Assembly: GCA_963706575.1 (NCBI GenBank) | Contig: CAVPNL010000004.1 | Span: 512,001 to 576,000 of the forward strand | Length of the DNA: 64,000 bases | Direction: 5' to 3' | Origin: an uncultured delta proteobacterium | GTDB lineage: Bacteria > Desulfobacterota > Desulfobacteria > Desulfobacterales > JAHEIW01 | Shown here: positions 61,419 to 64,000 of the stretch, one piece after another | Layout of the letters: each line of letters opens with the position of its first letter | Position numbering within the stretch: the first letter of the stretch is position 1 | Program-made: the position numbers and the translations under genes | Notes under the pieces: generated by a model | Seen by the model: the letters and a program-made list of their open reading frames with translations, nothing else | Told to the model about the DNA's origin: nothing | The model's database searches: none

Positions 61419-64000
61419 TTCTCAATCGGATGGCACTCAAACGACAGGTAACGGTCCTGGCGCTGCTGGTGATAATTGTCGTTGCCGGCCTTTACAGCTA
61501 TGCTACCTTACCGCGGGAATCCTTTCCGGATATCACCATCCCTTATGTGTTTGTGACCACCACCTATGAGGGCGTAGCGCCGGCGGATATGGAAGAGCTC
61601 ATTACCATTCCCATCGAGCGCAAGCTCAAAGGCATTGACGATGTTGAAGAAATCCGCTCCACCTCGGCCGAAGGTATTTCTACGGTGGCCATCAAGTTTT
61701 TACCCAAGGTCGATCTGGATGATGCCCTGCAGAAGGTCAGGGACAAGGTGGACCAGGCCGAAGGTGATCTCCCGGCCGATCTTCAAGATGACCCGGTAAT
61801 CAAAGAGGTCAATTTTTCAGACATGCCGGTCATCCGGGTGGTCTTGTCGGGGCCGTTCAGTTTAAGGCGGTTGCAGAATCTGGCCGAAGACATTCAGGAC
61901 CGTCTGGAATCCATCCCCGGCGTTCTGGAGGCTCGTTTGACGGGCGGATTGGAACGCGAAATCCATGTGGAGTTCGACCTGGATCGGGTGCGCGCCTATA
62001 ATGTCCCCTTTTCCAGTATCGTCGGTTCGCTGACGAACAGCAATGTGAACATGCCCGGCGGCAGCATGGATATCGGTGAAGGCAAATACCTGGTGAGGGT
62101 TCCGGAGGACTTCCAGCATCCGTCTGAAATTTTTTCCATCGTGGCCTTTGTGCGCGACGGCAAGCCGGTTTATCTGCGCGATTTGGCCACCATCAAAGAT
62201 GCTTATAAGGATCCGCTGACCCGCAGCCGCATCAACGGGAAAAAAAGTGTTACCATCGGCGTCCTGAAGCGCAGCGGCGAAAACATCGTGCGCGTCACCG
62301 ACGAAGTCAAGCGCGTGGTCAACGATATGCGCCCGCAACTGCCGCAAACCTTGCAGATCGATCTCACCGCCGACCAGTCCAATGACGTACGCTTGCTGGT
62401 AGCGGACCTGGAAAACAACATTCTTTCCGGCCTGATTCTGGTGCTGGCGGTTATTTTCTTTTTCATCGGCGGGCAATCCGCCATTTTCGTGGCCCTGGCC
62501 ATCCCCTATTCCATGTTTATCACCTTTTCGCTGCTGACCGGATTCAATGTCACCTTGAATATGGTGGTGCTGTTTTCCTTGATTCTGGCGCTGGGCATGC
62601 TGGTGGACAACGGCATTGTTATCGTCGAAAATATTTACCGGCACATGCAGCAGGGCAAACCCCGCCAGGAGGCGGCCGCCGCAGGGACCGATCAGGTTGC
62701 CTGGCCGGTGATCACCTCAACGCTGACTACCCTGGGGGCTTTTTCGCCCATGCTGTTCTGGCCGGGCATTATGGGCGAATTCATGGGATATTTGCCCATG
62801 ACGCTGATTATGGCGTTGAGTGCCTCGCTGTTCGTGGCCCTGGTGATCAATCCGGTGCTTTCGGCCCGCTATCAGAAGATCAAAACCGATAACCCGTCCA
62901 AAAAACGCGCCTCCCGTGAGCCCCTGATCAAGCAGTTTTATTTGTTCTTGCTAAAATGGTCGCTGCGGCATCGCTGGGCGGTCATCGTGTTGGCAGTCGT
63001 CTTGCTGATTAGCGCCACCCTGGCCTTTGTTTTTTTCGGCAAGGGGACCGAATTTTTCCCGGAAACTGAGCCGCGCCGCGCCTATGTCAATATCAAGATG
63101 CCGGAAGGGACCAATCTGGACACATCGGATCAGCTTGTCTCCCGGATCGAAAATATTGTGTCCGGGTATGAGGACATCCGTTATGTAATTGCCAATATCG
63201 GTGCCATCGGCGGAGACCCCTTCTCCCAGGGCGGCACCGGCACTCATATCAGCCGGGTGGTGCTGGACTTTAAAGATTTTCACGATCGCTCCCGGCCCTC
63301 ATCGCAAATCATAAAAGAAGTCCGGCAACGGATATTAAAAACCATCCATGGTGCCGAAGTGCAGGTGGAAAAAGAAGAAGAAGGCCCGCCCACCGGACCG
63401 CCGATCAATATAGAAATTTTCGGCGAGGATATCCTTATGCTGGGAGAGCTGGCAGCCCGCGCTCGCAAAGTCATCAAAGACATTCCGGGGCTGGTGGATT
63501 TAAAAGATAATTTTGTCAAAGGCAAACCCGAAATCCGGGTGCGGGTGGACAAGGAAAAATCGGCCCTCATGGGACTGGACACCTATACCATCGCCTACAC
63601 GGTTAAATCGGCCATCAACGGGGTTAAAGCCGGGGTCTACCGCGAGGGCAAAGATGAATATGACATTATCGCGCGCCTGCCCAAACGCGATCGCCAATCC
63701 ATTAAAAGCCTGAAGCGCATTACGGTTTCCGGCCCCCAGGGCGAGCCGATCCCCTTAACCAGTCTGGCCGAAGTGAAGCTGGGCAGTGGAATCGGCGCTA
63801 TCATGCGGCTCGATCAGAAAAGGGTCGTCACTATATCCGGTGACGTGTCGGGCCGATTGGCCAATGACGTGATTAAAGACATCGATGCACGCCTGTCGCG
63901 GCAAATCGACTGGCCCAGAGGGTACAGTTTCCGGTTCACCGGTGAGCAAGAGGAGCAGGCCAAGGCCCAGGCATTTTTAAGCAAAGCCTTTTTTGCCTGC
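61415..64000 (+). CDS. RND efflux permease (partial, runs off right edge)
   Basis: Not in the ORF track. ATG 61415 gives MILNRMALKR...LPRESFPDI...GMLVDNGIVIVENI, and the frame is consistent to the window end. Confidence 0.9.
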   Translation, partial: MILNRMALKRQVTVLALLVIIVVAGLYSYATLPRESFPDITIPYVFVTTTYEGVAPADMEELITIPIERKLKGIDDVEEIRSTSAEGISTVAIKFLPKVDLDDALQKVRDKVDQAEGDLPADLQDDPVIKEVNFSDMPVIRVVLSGPFSLRRLQNLAEDIQDRLESIPGVLEARLTGGLEREIHVEFDLDRVRAYNVPFSSIVGSLTNSNVNMPGGSMDIGEGKYLVRVPEDFQHPSEIFSIVAFVRDGKPVYLRDLATIKDAYKDPLTRSRINGKKSVTIGVLKRSGENIVRVTDEVKRVVNDMRPQLPQTLQIDLTADQSNDVRLLVADLENNILSGLILVLAVIFFFIGGQSAIFVALAIPYSMFITFSLLTGFNVTLNMVVLFSLILALGMLVDNGIVIVENIYRHMQQGKPRQEAAAAGTDQVAWPVITSTLTTLGAFSPMLFWPGIMGEFMGYLPMTLIMALSASLFVALVINPVLSARYQKIKTDNPSKKRASREPLIKQFYLFLLKWSLRHRWAVIVLAVVLLISATLAFVFFGKGTEFFPETEPRRAYVNIKMPEGTNLDTSDQLVSRIENIVSGYEDIRYVIANIGAIGGDPFSQGGTGTHISRVVLDFKDFHDRSRPSSQIIKEVRQRILKTIHGAEVQVEKEEEGPPTGPPINIEIFGEDILMLGELAARARKVIKDIPGLVDLKDNFVKGKPEIRVRVDKEKSALMGLDTYTIAYTVKSAINGVKAGVYREGKDEYDIIARLPKRDRQSIKSLKRITVSGPQGEPIPLTSLAEVKLGSGIGAIMRLDQKRVVTISGDVSGRLANDVIKDIDARLSRQIDWPRGYSFRFTGEQEEQAKAQAFLSKAFFAC

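Noticed and set aside
84..63949. Numerous short antisense and overlapping ORFs in the track
   Set aside because: They are shadows of the recognised genes and show no motifs of their own

Overview
Chromosomal window from an anaerobic sulfate-reducer-like bacterium (gene content suggests Desulfobacterota, probably Desulfobacterales; this is inference). Left to right it carries an rrf2-hmcABCDEF redox operon (hmcF runs off the left edge), Hsp20, a three-gene proton-translocating transhydrogenase, a CobB sirtuin and BON and MBL proteins. Next come a four-gene signalling cluster (SBP, output-less membrane PAS protein, V4R, soluble hybrid kinase) followed by an RND pump, a bacterial cereblon, ClC, a stand-alone LytTR gene with upstream tandem repeats and an AT-rich block of three secreted proteins. 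The right half holds cell-envelope genes, murB, ferredoxin, NhaP, NudC, SRAP, a GNAT-nitrilase fusion, EamA and a TetR-RND operon running off the right edge. Features missed by the ORF track: two probable selenoproteins (a rhodanese with CxU and an exported DUF3179-like protein), each with an in-frame TGA and a SECIS-like hairpin; a sigma54-type promoter followed by a degenerate tRNA-Gly-like element, a 66-aa PEP-CTERM-like gene and PilZ; two copies of a TA-flanked MITE with a compensatory stem change; a hairpin array with a constant linker inside the hmc operon; and many 7/9-mer palindromic intergenic repeats. Four genes carry single-base frameshifts that may be sequencing errors. All family calls come from motif recognition, not database searches. 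I saw no CRISPR array, rRNA or intact transposase.
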